From the NCBI GenBank assembly GCA_005889225.1, contig VBEW01000078.1:703-64702 (forward strand): a DNA stretch of 64,000 nt, written 5' to 3'. Source of the stretch: Chloroflexota bacterium. Lineage in GTDB: Bacteria; Chloroflexota; Dormibacteria; CF-121. A model generated the notes under the pieces. It searched no databases. It was given only the letters and a program-made list of their open reading frames with translations, and had not been told where the DNA came from. Shown piece by piece: positions 27,127 through 35,408 of this stretch. Numbering within the stretch: the first letter of the stretch is position 1; every line of letters begins with the position of its first letter. Made by a program: the position numbers and the translations under genes.

Positions 27127-28008
27127 CTAGCCGCTCAGGATCGATAAGTCCAGCTGGCGAATCCGCTCCCGGTCGGCGATGAGATCGATGGCGACGATCC
27201 TGCCGCCGGCGATCGTGAAGCCGAATATCATACGTGGCCTTCCACCCGGAGCCCACACGAGTCCGGGTAATCCGTTGACGAGCGCCGGCTGCGCGGCTCG
27301 TGCACGCCCTGAGAAAGTTTCGGCTACGGCCGCGGCGCCACGGACCTCGCTCGGTGCTCCAACCTTCGCCGCGGCACGGTCGACTCGCAACACGACGTCG
27401 GGGTCGAGTACCGCGAGAAGCGCCCCGAAGTCACCGCCGCGCGAGGCGGCAAGGAACGCGTCGACGATTTCTCGCTTGCGATTGCCATCGGCGTCGGGGA
27501 CCGTGCTCGATCCCTGCACCCGGCGCCGCGCGCGGCTGGCCAGCTGCCGGGCCGCCGCCGGCGAGCGTCCCACGATCGGGGCAATCTCGTCGAAGGGTAC
27601 CGCGAACATGTCGTGCAAGACGAACGCGACTCGTTCGGCTGGTGCCAGAGTCTGCAGGACCACGAGCAGGGCGGAACCAACCGAGTCGGCCAGCAACACT
27701 TCGCGCTCCGGGTCAGTGCCCTCCTCGTGGCCCACGATTGGCTCGGACAGGCGTGCGGGCAGTGGTTCCTCGCGCCGGGACTTTCGCGAGCGCAGCATGT
27801 CCAGGCATACTCGGGCGACAACCGTCGTCAGCCAGCCGCCCAAGTTCTCGACGCCGTTGGCGCCGGAGCGGCTCAGTCGAAGCCAGGCCTCCTGAACGGC
27901 GTCGTCCGCCTCGCTGGGCGAGCCAAGCATCCGGTAAGCCACGGCCCGCAGGCGGGTCCGGTTATTTTCGAACCGCTCCGCCAGCCAGTCCTGTTCGCCC
28001 ATGGTCAC
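27127..28008 (-). CDS. ECF sigma factor with C-terminal extension (SigJ-like)
   Basis: Sigma-2 region AYRMLGSPSEADDAVQEAWLRL, a sigma-4 region, and a roughly 120-aa C-terminal domain. Confidence 0.8.
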   Translation of the reverse strand: MTMGEQDWLAERFENNRTRLRAVAYRMLGSPSEADDAVQEAWLRLSRSGANGVENLGGWLTTVVARVCLDMLRSRKSRREEPLPARLSEPIVGHEEGTDPEREVLLADSVGSALLVVLQTLAPAERVAFVLHDMFAVPFDEIAPIVGRSPAAARQLASRARRRVQGSSTVPDADGNRKREIVDAFLAASRGGDFGALLAVLDPDVVLRVDRAAAKVGAPSEVRGAAAVAETFSGRARAAQPALVNGLPGLVWAPGGRPRMIFGFTIAGGRIVAIDLIADRERIRQLDLSILSG

Positions 28009-28122
28009 CTTTCCCCGACTCGTCCCATCATCTCAATGACGATTGAAACCCAGCCAATGTGACGACAAAGCAGAGACAGATCAAACCCGCCCCGAGCCTA
28101 ACGTGCGAAAATTCCGGCTACG

Positions 28123-28581
28123 TTGAGCGCACAGAGTGCCGGGTTGGTTCTCTACCGAAAGCGGGACGGGAAGCTGGAAGTGCTCCTGGTCCATCCAGGT
28201 GGTCCTTTCTGGCAGAAACGCGACGACGGTGCCTGGTCGATACCGAAGGGCGAGCTTGCCGAGAGCGAGGCCGGCATCGACGTGGCCCGACGCGAATTTG
28301 AGGAAGAGCTCGGTGTGCCGGCTCCCGACGGCGAGCTCACCACGCTGGGCGATGTGCGCCAGGCCGGGGGCAAGGTTGTCCACGCGTGGGCGGCACCCGG
28401 GGACGTCGATGTCACGCGACTGGCGAGCAACACGTTCGAGATCGAATGGCCGCCCCGCTCGCGCAAGATGCAGCGGTTTCCGGAGGTCGATCGCGCCGCC
28501 TGGTTCGATCTGGATGCGGCGCGCCGCAAGCTCCTGCCAGCGCAGCGCCTGTTCCTGGATAGGCTCGAAGACCAGCTGTGA
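28123..28581 (+). CDS. NUDIX hydrolase
   Basis: The NUDIX box reads GELAESEAGIDVARREFEEELG. It overlaps the ligase gene by 4 nt. Confidence 0.75.
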   Translation: MSAQSAGLVLYRKRDGKLEVLLVHPGGPFWQKRDDGAWSIPKGELAESEAGIDVARREFEEELGVPAPDGELTTLGDVRQAGGKVVHAWAAPGDVDVTRLASNTFEIEWPPRSRKMQRFPEVDRAAWFDLDAARRKLLPAQRLFLDRLEDQL

Positions 28582-30311
28582 CCGTCTCCGAGTTGAGTGC
28601 CTACCTCGACCGGCTGGAATCGACCAGCAGCCGGAACGAGCTCGTGAAGACGCTCGCTGAGCTCTACTCGAAAAGCTCGCCGGATGAGATCCAGCCATTG
28701 ACCTATTTGATCCAGGGCCGCCTCGTTCCTTTCTTCGAACCGGTCGAGATCGGCCTCGGTGAGAAGCTGGTCATCGCGGCCATCGCCCAGGCGTTCGCCA
28801 CGCCGATCGATGAGGTCTCGAAACTCTTCGGCCAGATCGGCGACCTGGGCCAGGTGGCCGCAAAGCTCTCGGCGCATGGGTCGAGCGCCGCGCTGCCACT
28901 CAGTGAGGTGCACGCGAGATTGATGGAAATCGCCGGCGCGGCCGGCGCCGGCTCAGTGGAGAAGAAGCGCACGCTGTTCGCGGCCTTGCTAAAACAGGTC
29001 GACCCCACCTCGGCCAAGCACCTGGTGCGCATCGCGCTTGGTCGCCTGCGGCTAGGCATCGGCGATCCCACCGTGCTGGACGCGCTCTCGTTTGCCAGGA
29101 AGGGCGACCGCTCTCTTCGGCCGGTGCTGGAAGGCGCGTACAATCGCGTGTCCGACCTGGGACTGATCGCGAAGACCTTCTGGTCCGGCGGCGAAGAGGA
29201 CGTGAACGCGCTCAAGGTCACGGTTGGAAGGCCGATCCGGAGCCAGCTCGCAGAGCGCCTGCCAAACCCTGAAGCGGTAATCAAGAAGCTTGGTATGGTC
29301 GCGGTCCAACCGAAGTACGACGGGATCCGGGTGCAGATCCACAAAAACGGCTCGGAGGTGCGCATTTTTTCGCGCAACCTCGAGGACTACACGCTGATGT
29401 TCTCCGAGCTCACTGCGGCGGCTCGAGGGCTGAAGGACGAAACGCTCATGCTCGACGGCGAGGCGATCGCCTACAGCAAGGAATTGGAGGAATACCTTCC
29501 GTTCCAGCTGACCGCGAGCCGCCGGCGGCAGCACGGCATCGAAAAGGCCGCCCAGGACCTGCCGCTGGTCGCCTTCATCTTCGACATCCTGTACCAGAAC
29601 GGCCGGGACCTCACGGAGCTACCGTACGAGCAGCGGCTCGCGCTGGTCGACGAGGTGATCGCCGGCTCCAGCGTTCTCCTCCCTGCGCCGATTATCAAGA
29701 CCGACTCGGTCGAGGTGCTCACCAAGACGCTGCTGGACTCCATCAGCCAGGGCCTGGAGGGAGTCGTGGTCAAGCGACCCGAATCCAAATACCAGGCGGG
29801 CGCGCGCAACTTCAATTGGGTGAAGCTGAAGCGCCACACCAGCGGCGAACTCAACGACACGGTCGACCTGGTCCTCCTCGGCTACTACTTTGGCAAAGGC
29901 AAGCGCGCGGAGTTCGGCGTGGGGGCGCTGCTGGCGGGCGTTTACGATGCGGAAAACGACCGGTTCGCAAGCATTACCAAGCTTGGTACCGGCTTGTCCG
30001 ACGCCGAATGGCGGCAGATCCACGAGCGTGCGGACAAGCTGCAGGTCGATCAGCGACCGGCGCGAGTGGATTCGATCCTGGTCCCCGATGTGTGGCTCGA
30101 ACCCGAGGTGGTGGTCGAGGTAATGGCCGACGAAATTACGCCCAGCCCCAGACATACAGCCGGCAAGGTTGGCGATGAGCCGGGGTTTGCGCTTCGATTT
30201 CCACGGGTGGTTGCCTTCCGCGGGGCGGACAAAAGGCCGGAGGATGCGACGACGGTCAAGGAGATTGCCGAGCTGTTCGGTCAGCAGCGCGAGCGCAAAC
30301 AACCCGCCTGA
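28578..30311 (+). CDS. ATP-dependent DNA ligase
   Basis: Motif I is KYDGIRVQIH and later ligase motifs are present (EGVVVKRP); 577 aa with an N-terminal DNA-binding domain. Confidence 0.85.
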   Translation: MTVSELSAYLDRLESTSSRNELVKTLAELYSKSSPDEIQPLTYLIQGRLVPFFEPVEIGLGEKLVIAAIAQAFATPIDEVSKLFGQIGDLGQVAAKLSAHGSSAALPLSEVHARLMEIAGAAGAGSVEKKRTLFAALLKQVDPTSAKHLVRIALGRLRLGIGDPTVLDALSFARKGDRSLRPVLEGAYNRVSDLGLIAKTFWSGGEEDVNALKVTVGRPIRSQLAERLPNPEAVIKKLGMVAVQPKYDGIRVQIHKNGSEVRIFSRNLEDYTLMFSELTAAARGLKDETLMLDGEAIAYSKELEEYLPFQLTASRRRQHGIEKAAQDLPLVAFIFDILYQNGRDLTELPYEQRLALVDEVIAGSSVLLPAPIIKTDSVEVLTKTLLDSISQGLEGVVVKRPESKYQAGARNFNWVKLKRHTSGELNDTVDLVLLGYYFGKGKRAEFGVGALLAGVYDAENDRFASITKLGTGLSDAEWRQIHERADKLQVDQRPARVDSILVPDVWLEPEVVVEVMADEITPSPRHTAGKVGDEPGFALRFPRVVAFRGADKRPEDATTVKEIAELFGQQRERKQPA

Positions 30312-30348
30312 ACTACTCGAGGCGCGATCTGGTAGACGCCCGCACCCC

Positions 30349-30837
30349 TTAGCGCAGTGAGACCGCGACTTGCTCGAGGTGGTCCATCGCTTCCTGCATG
30401 CCGCCTTCCATGCCCGAGTTGATGACCGCGTCACGGTCCGCCTGGCTCTGGAGCTGCATGAGGATCGTGAGCGTGGTGTGTCCATCTTTTTCGCTGAACG
30501 TGTGCGTGACTACCGCTTCCCCTTCCGGCATGCCCTCGTAGACCTCGGTTGTAACGAGGCGATCGTTCGGTACGACCTCCCGGTACTCGCCGTGGAAGCC
30601 GACCTCGAACCCGCCGTTTGCCGTCATTACATAGCGCCATTTGCCACCGACGCGCAGATCGACGTCGGCTTTCGTGACCTCGCCTCGGTCTCCGCTCCAC
30701 CAGCGCTTGATGAGCTCGGGCGTGGTGTAGGCCTTGTAAACCAGGTGTCGGGGTGCGTCGAACTCCCGTGTGATCAGGATCTGTGTGTCGGTGGGGAGCG
30801 TCATCACAGCCGTACCGCTACTCGTCTTCGCCATCAT
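30349..30837 (-). CDS. SRPBCC-family protein (AHSA1/Aha1-like)
   Basis: A 162-aa protein (ITREFDAPRHLVYKAYTTPELIKRWW). It overlaps the upstream ArsR gene by 20 nt. Confidence 0.75.
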   Translation of the reverse strand: MMAKTSSGTAVMTLPTDTQILITREFDAPRHLVYKAYTTPELIKRWWSGDRGEVTKADVDLRVGGKWRYVMTANGGFEVGFHGEYREVVPNDRLVTTEVYEGMPEGEAVVTHTFSEKDGHTTLTILMQLQSQADRDAVINSGMEGGMQEAMDHLEQVAVSLR

Positions 30838-31174
30838 CGTCCTCCTTCACTTCTTTGAGTTCTTCCAACACAACATCCAACCGATCGAAGCGCCGCGACC
30901 AGGACCGCTCGTAGGTCTTCACCCAGTCGTGGATTGGCTTGAGCGGCTGGCCATTGACCGAATACATCCGCTGCCGCCCTTCGTCGCGAACGCCGACCAG
31001 CCCCACTTCCCGCAGCACCCGAAGGTGCTTCGAGACCAAGGGCTGGGCCAGACCGACCAGCCTGACCAGGTCATTCACGGGGCGTTCCCCTCCGGAGAGG
31101 ACGTCCAGGATCTGCCGGCGTCGGGGCTCGGCCACGGCGTTGAACGCATCGGCCGTCGTTGCCGCTCGTGCCAT
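30818..31174 (-). CDS. ArsR/SmtB-family transcriptional regulator
   Basis: Reads FNAVAEPRRRQILDVLSGGERPVNDLVRLVGLAQPLVSKHLRVLREVGLV. Confidence 0.8.
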   Translation of the reverse strand: MARAATTADAFNAVAEPRRRQILDVLSGGERPVNDLVRLVGLAQPLVSKHLRVLREVGLVGVRDEGRQRMYSVNGQPLKPIHDWVKTYERSWSRRFDRLDVVLEELKEVKEDDDGEDE

Positions 31175-31274
31175 GGAGGAATTATATACCGATATAGGAA
31201 TATGTCAAGTCTCTCAACGGCACATACCGCGCCGTATTGACAAAGGGTCCTCCTGGGCGCAGGCTCAGGCCTCG

Positions 31275-32201
31275 ATGTCAGCGGTACGCCCTGGCCACGG
31301 TCTGACCCGCGCCATCGCCACTCATCCCGTTGGCGCGTACCTCGTGATTCTCTATCCGGTCAGCTGGATCCTCTGGATGCCGGCATTGCTCGGCAAATCC
31401 GGATTGGGTGTCCTCTCGGTCGACATTCCAGTCCAGCTGAGCATCCTCCTGGTCAGCATCTTCGGTCTGACCGGCGTCGCCTTCCTCGTGACCCGGATTG
31501 CAGATGGTAAGCCTGGTACGCGGGAGCTGCGGCGCCATTACCTCCATTTCCGCGCGGGCCCGCAGTGGTATGTAGTTGCGCTGGCCGGTGCACCCACTCT
31601 GCTGGCGCTCGTGGGCTTTCTTACGCACGGCACGGGTGCGCTGGGCCCTTTCGGGCGCCATGCGCTCGAGATTCCGACGCTCTACCTGTTGACGCTGATC
31701 GTCATCGCCATTCTGATCTCGGTGTGGGAGGAAGGTGGCTGGATGTCCTTTGTGACTACGCGCCTGCAGCCGCGATTAGGACCAGTCTGGGCCAGCGTTG
31801 CTGTCGCACCCCTCTTTGGCTTGATTCACTTTCCCTTGTTTTTCATCACGGGCGGGCTCATCGATAACGCCCGCCCGCAGGGCATTCACATCCTTGAGTA
31901 CGCGCTGTATCTCGTCGTCTTGTTTTCCGTGCCCGTGCGAATCCTGATCACCTGGGTATTCAATGCCACCGGCGGCAGCCTTCCCATCGTCGCTCTCCTG
32001 CACGCCTCCATCGACACGACTGCCTCGGGAGCCGTCCTCACGGCGTTCTACCCCGGCACAGACGGCCGGCTGCTCTATGTCGGATTGGCGGCTGCCGCTT
32101 TGGCGGTCGTCATCGCGACTCGGGGTCGCCTTGCCTACCGGCTCATCTCCGATCCGACCCAGCAAGTTCCCGCGTCCAGTCCCGCGCCGGTTACGGGCTA
32201 G
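31275..32201 (+). CDS. CPBP-family intramembrane metalloprotease
   Basis: The ATG at 31275 reads MSAVRPGHG. Carries the motifs WEEGGWMSF...APLFGLIHFP and a paralogue sits at 11654..12505. Confidence 0.7.
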   Translation: MSAVRPGHGLTRAIATHPVGAYLVILYPVSWILWMPALLGKSGLGVLSVDIPVQLSILLVSIFGLTGVAFLVTRIADGKPGTRELRRHYLHFRAGPQWYVVALAGAPTLLALVGFLTHGTGALGPFGRHALEIPTLYLLTLIVIAILISVWEEGGWMSFVTTRLQPRLGPVWASVAVAPLFGLIHFPLFFITGGLIDNARPQGIHILEYALYLVVLFSVPVRILITWVFNATGGSLPIVALLHASIDTTASGAVLTAFYPGTDGRLLYVGLAAAALAVVIATRGRLAYRLISDPTQQVPASSPAPVTG

Positions 32202-32237
32202 CCCAGCGGACCAGGCAACGGGCGAGAACGGCTCGCG

Positions 32238-32435
32238 TTAGTGATTGAGTGAGCCAGCGATATTGCAGTACATATTTTTTACCGTGTTGCCCATCACGAT
32301 GAGGATGACGAGCACGACGATGACGACTAAGACCAGGATAAGGGCATACTCCACCATCGCCTGGCCGCGCTCGCTGCCTCGACCAAACAGCGAAACCAGC
32401 CGCTCCGCAATTACAGTCGCCATCGGGCTCAACAA
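32238..32435 (-). CDS. Flp/Fap-family type IVb pilin
   Basis: Reads GQAMVEYALILVLVVIVVLVILIVMG...NIAGSL, which is the characteristic G/xxxEY processing motif followed by a hydrophobic stem. Confidence 0.6.
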   Translation of the reverse strand: MLSPMATVIAERLVSLFGRGSERGQAMVEYALILVLVVIVVLVILIVMGNTVKNMYCNIAGSLNH

Positions 32436-32582
32436 TGCCCTCGCTACGTTGCCAAGGGGGTTAAACGTCCTGCCTCGCGCGGAATCATTGCGTACCCGTC
32501 ACCGGCACGACCCGTCGTCCCTTCGTCGGGACTGGTCTAAGTCGTAATGAGAACCGGAACATTGAGCGTCTGTCAGCGAACC

Positions 32583-32951
32583 TCAGCGCGCTACCAGGTA
32601 CAGGTCGGCGATCGGCGCGCCGGGCTGTTTGCCCAGCACGATCAGCGCCGTTCCTTCAGCCGGCCCGATCGTCAGGGTGGTCGTGTGGTTGATGAAATTC
32701 TGGTTGCCGCCGAGTCTTCCCTCCGCGTAATTGGGCAGGCTCTCGACCGCCTTCTGCTTCTGACCCACCGACCCAGCCACGGTTAGATTGCTGTCGGTGA
32801 ATGGAACTCGGATCGACGCGCCGATGCCGATGGCGATGCTGAACAGGCTCAGTACGAGGCCGATCGTGAGGACAACCAGAACCGACGCGCAGCCGGCTCC
32901 GCATCCACCACAGGCGGGCCGGAAGCCTCGTCGATCCCTGCTGGCGCTCAC
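32583..32951 (-). CDS. hypothetical small membrane/secreted protein
   Basis: A 122-aa protein with a Cys/Gly-rich N-terminus and one transmembrane segment. Confidence 0.3.
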   Translation of the reverse strand: MSASRDRRGFRPACGGCGAGCASVLVVLTIGLVLSLFSIAIGIGASIRVPFTDSNLTVAGSVGQKQKAVESLPNYAEGRLGGNQNFINHTTTLTIGPAEGTALIVLGKQPGAPIADLYLVAR

Positions 32952-33042
32952 GTTCGGAAGCGTATACCCCGGCGGTTACCGAATCGGGTCGAGCGGAAAC
33001 GTCGTCATCACCGTATGAGCGGACCTTCGAGCGTCGCCGAGT

Positions 33043-33465
33043 CTATTTTCGGCTGAGCTCGCGTCGAGCGGTCTCCACGATGTCGGCCGAAGTGTAAGCA
33101 TGCCCGTCGACGCCCCACCCACCATCGGGCGACTCGTGGATCAGAACCCAGGTCCGTCCAGTTAGGCTCGGATCAGCGGCCGCCGACGCGACGATGTCCG
33201 TCATCTCTTTGACCACGCCGAGCTGCTTGTCGCGATTGAGAACTCCGATCGGAGTCAGAATCTGGACACGGACGTAGTTGCTGTCGCCGGTCGCGTTTGC
33301 CAACGCGTCAGGCCCCAGGTCGTGGATGAACGCCGCCGTGTTGTCTCGGAAGAACGAGATGTCAGGTACCTGCTCCCATCGCATCATGGCTGCGGCGAGC
33401 GCCTGGGCCAGGTCATGTTTGTTCGCGAAGGTTCCGGCGGTGGCGTATACGTCGATCATGGGCAT
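33043..33465 (-). CDS. tautomerase-family protein (4-OT-like, Pro1)
   Basis: The start is set at MPMIDVYA, which gives Pro at position 2 as in tautomerases. Confidence 0.6.
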   Translation of the reverse strand: MPMIDVYATAGTFANKHDLAQALAAAMMRWEQVPDISFFRDNTAAFIHDLGPDALANATGDSNYVRVQILTPIGVLNRDKQLGVVKEMTDIVASAAADPSLTGRTWVLIHESPDGGWGVDGHAYTSADIVETARRELSRK

Positions 33466-33562
33466 AGCTGTCCCCTCCAAGCAATTATGATGGTCGTCAT
33501 AGCAGTCGAGAAGGCAACAGCATGCACTATGTCGAGCGTCATAGTCAAGTTGGAGAAGTAGT

Positions 33563-34126
33563 TTGGCCAGGGATAGCAAGGTCAAGATGGTCCGTAGCGC
33601 GGCGGCGCTGATTGGTACGCGTGGCTTGAGCGCGACGTCGCTTTCAGAGGTGCTCACCCTTAGCGGCGCGCCACGGGGCTCGATCTATCACCACTTTCCG
33701 GATGGTAAGAGGCAGCTCGCCGAGGATGCGATCGGCTGGACCTCTGACCAGGTGCTCGGCCATCTTCGCAGCTGTCGCGCAAGAACGCCCGCTGATCTGC
33801 TGGCCTGCTTCATCGACCTTTGGCGCCAGTCCGTGCTCGCCTCGCGTGGTTCGACTGGTTGTGCCGTGGCTGGCGTCGCGATTGACATCGGCGCCTTCGA
33901 CGACGATCTGATCGGGATTGTGCGCGGCACCTTTCGATCCTGGGTTGACGAGCTCGCCACGCGGCTGATGGAGCTCAAGCTCCCCCCTGGTCGAGCCAGG
34001 TCGATCGCCGTCGCGGCGGTCGCCAGCATGGAAGGCGCGCTCATTTTGTGTCGCGCCGAGGGTAATAGCAAGCCGCTCGAGGCCGTCTCCGGTGAACTCA
34101 TGCGCCTGCTGCACTCCGGTCGTTGA
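33563..34126 (+). CDS. TetR/AcrR-family transcriptional regulator
   Basis: The HTH reads SLSEVLTLSGAPRGSIYHHFPDGKRQL. Confidence 0.8.
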   Translation: MARDSKVKMVRSAAALIGTRGLSATSLSEVLTLSGAPRGSIYHHFPDGKRQLAEDAIGWTSDQVLGHLRSCRARTPADLLACFIDLWRQSVLASRGSTGCAVAGVAIDIGAFDDDLIGIVRGTFRSWVDELATRLMELKLPPGRARSIAVAAVASMEGALILCRAEGNSKPLEAVSGELMRLLHSGR

Positions 34127-34195
34127 GCCCATGGTGCGCTCAAGAGAGACAATCAGGGCCGTCGCTCACCGCAGACGCATTTTTCGAGCGATACC

Positions 34196-35311
34196 GTGAG
34201 CGGCATGCCCGACGGTCCGACTGCGACGTTCGTCCCGGTCACCTTGCGCGAGCCACCGCCGCCGGTGCGTTGGGGGGCGGACGCCCTACGCATGTCTGGG
34301 CTCGACCTGATGCGAGCCGTGCGCGATCAGCGTCTCCCAGAACCGCCGATCAGCCTGCTGACTGGTCTTCGAGCCACGGACGTCGGCCTGGGCAAGACCA
34401 CTTTCGCGATGCCCGCGAGCCCCTGGTGGCAGTCGGGGGCCGGGGTCTTCCTCGCTGGGACGCTCGCATTCGTGGCGGATGCGCCGCTCGGTTGCGCGAT
34501 TCTGACCAGCGCGCCACCAGGTACCGGAGTTTCCACCTCTGAACTCTCGGTGAACTTTCTGCGTCCAGCCGGGATCCGGAGCCAGATCTTGATCGCGCGC
34601 GGTCGCCTGATTCATGAAACCCGCTCCACTGGCCTCGCAGAGGCTCTTATCGAGGATGGCCGGGGACGCCTGCTCGCCCATGCAACAGCGCGTTGCATCA
34701 TCAGTCCGATCCCAGCCGCGGCCGCGGAGGCGCTTGACCGCCAGCAGCCCTCACCGGTGCGACCGACCGGGCAACGGGCTCCCTATCTGACCCAGCCCGA
34801 GGGCGAGGTGTATGGCCAGGAGGTCTGGGACACTACGCCCGGAATTGAGCTGATGCGTCGCTTCATCGACGGACACTTCTCGCCACCGGTTTTTCGCCTC
34901 CTGGGAATTCGCGGGATAGGCCTCGCGGAGGGTGAGATGACCGTCGCGATGCCGCCCTCAGGATGGCACCTGAACGCCCTGGGCGTGATCTACGGTGGCT
35001 CGCTGGCACTCCTGGCGGATGCCGCGATCACGTGCGCAACGGCGACCATCATTCCACCGGCCACGGCCTTCTCACCGCTCGATTTGAAGATCAACTATCT
35101 GCGACCGGTCTTTCCTAGTGATGGCGATCTGGTCGCGAGAGCGCGTCTGGTCCACCGGGGCCGCACCATCGCGGTGGTGACCTGCGAAATTGTTAATGCG
35201 ACCGGAAAAGTGGTTGCCATTGCAAGCGGTTCTGTACTGATTCTGCCGGGCCGGCCCTGGGATCGTCCGGTGCACGTCCAGGATGAGCTTGCGTCCACTG
35301 TGGGCGGGTAG
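34196..35311 (+). CDS. tandem PaaI-type thioesterase (double hotdog)
   Basis: Two repeats each contain a G..H.G...A.AD motif (GVFLAGTLAFVADAPLG; GVIYGGSLALLADAAI). Confidence 0.75.
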   Translation: MSGMPDGPTATFVPVTLREPPPPVRWGADALRMSGLDLMRAVRDQRLPEPPISLLTGLRATDVGLGKTTFAMPASPWWQSGAGVFLAGTLAFVADAPLGCAILTSAPPGTGVSTSELSVNFLRPAGIRSQILIARGRLIHETRSTGLAEALIEDGRGRLLAHATARCIISPIPAAAAEALDRQQPSPVRPTGQRAPYLTQPEGEVYGQEVWDTTPGIELMRRFIDGHFSPPVFRLLGIRGIGLAEGEMTVAMPPSGWHLNALGVIYGGSLALLADAAITCATATIIPPATAFSPLDLKINYLRPVFPSDGDLVARARLVHRGRTIAVVTCEIVNATGKVVAIASGSVLILPGRPWDRPVHVQDELASTVGG

Positions 35312-35337
35312 GAGGCTTGCGAATACCGCTGGTTGCC

Positions 35338-35355
35338 CTTTCGGTTGCCCGAAAG
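35338..35355. terminator. hairpin CTTTCGG-ttgc-CCGAAAG (7-bp perfect stem) embedded in a direct repeat GGTTGCCC x2
   Basis: Read directly from the sequence, 27 bp after the thioesterase stop. There is no T-tract, so it may equally be regulatory for the downstream toxin-like gene. Confidence 0.3.
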
Positions 35356-35408
35356 TCTAGCCCTCGGCCTCTTGCCCAAGGGGACGGCGTAGGGCGAACT
35401 TGAATTAG

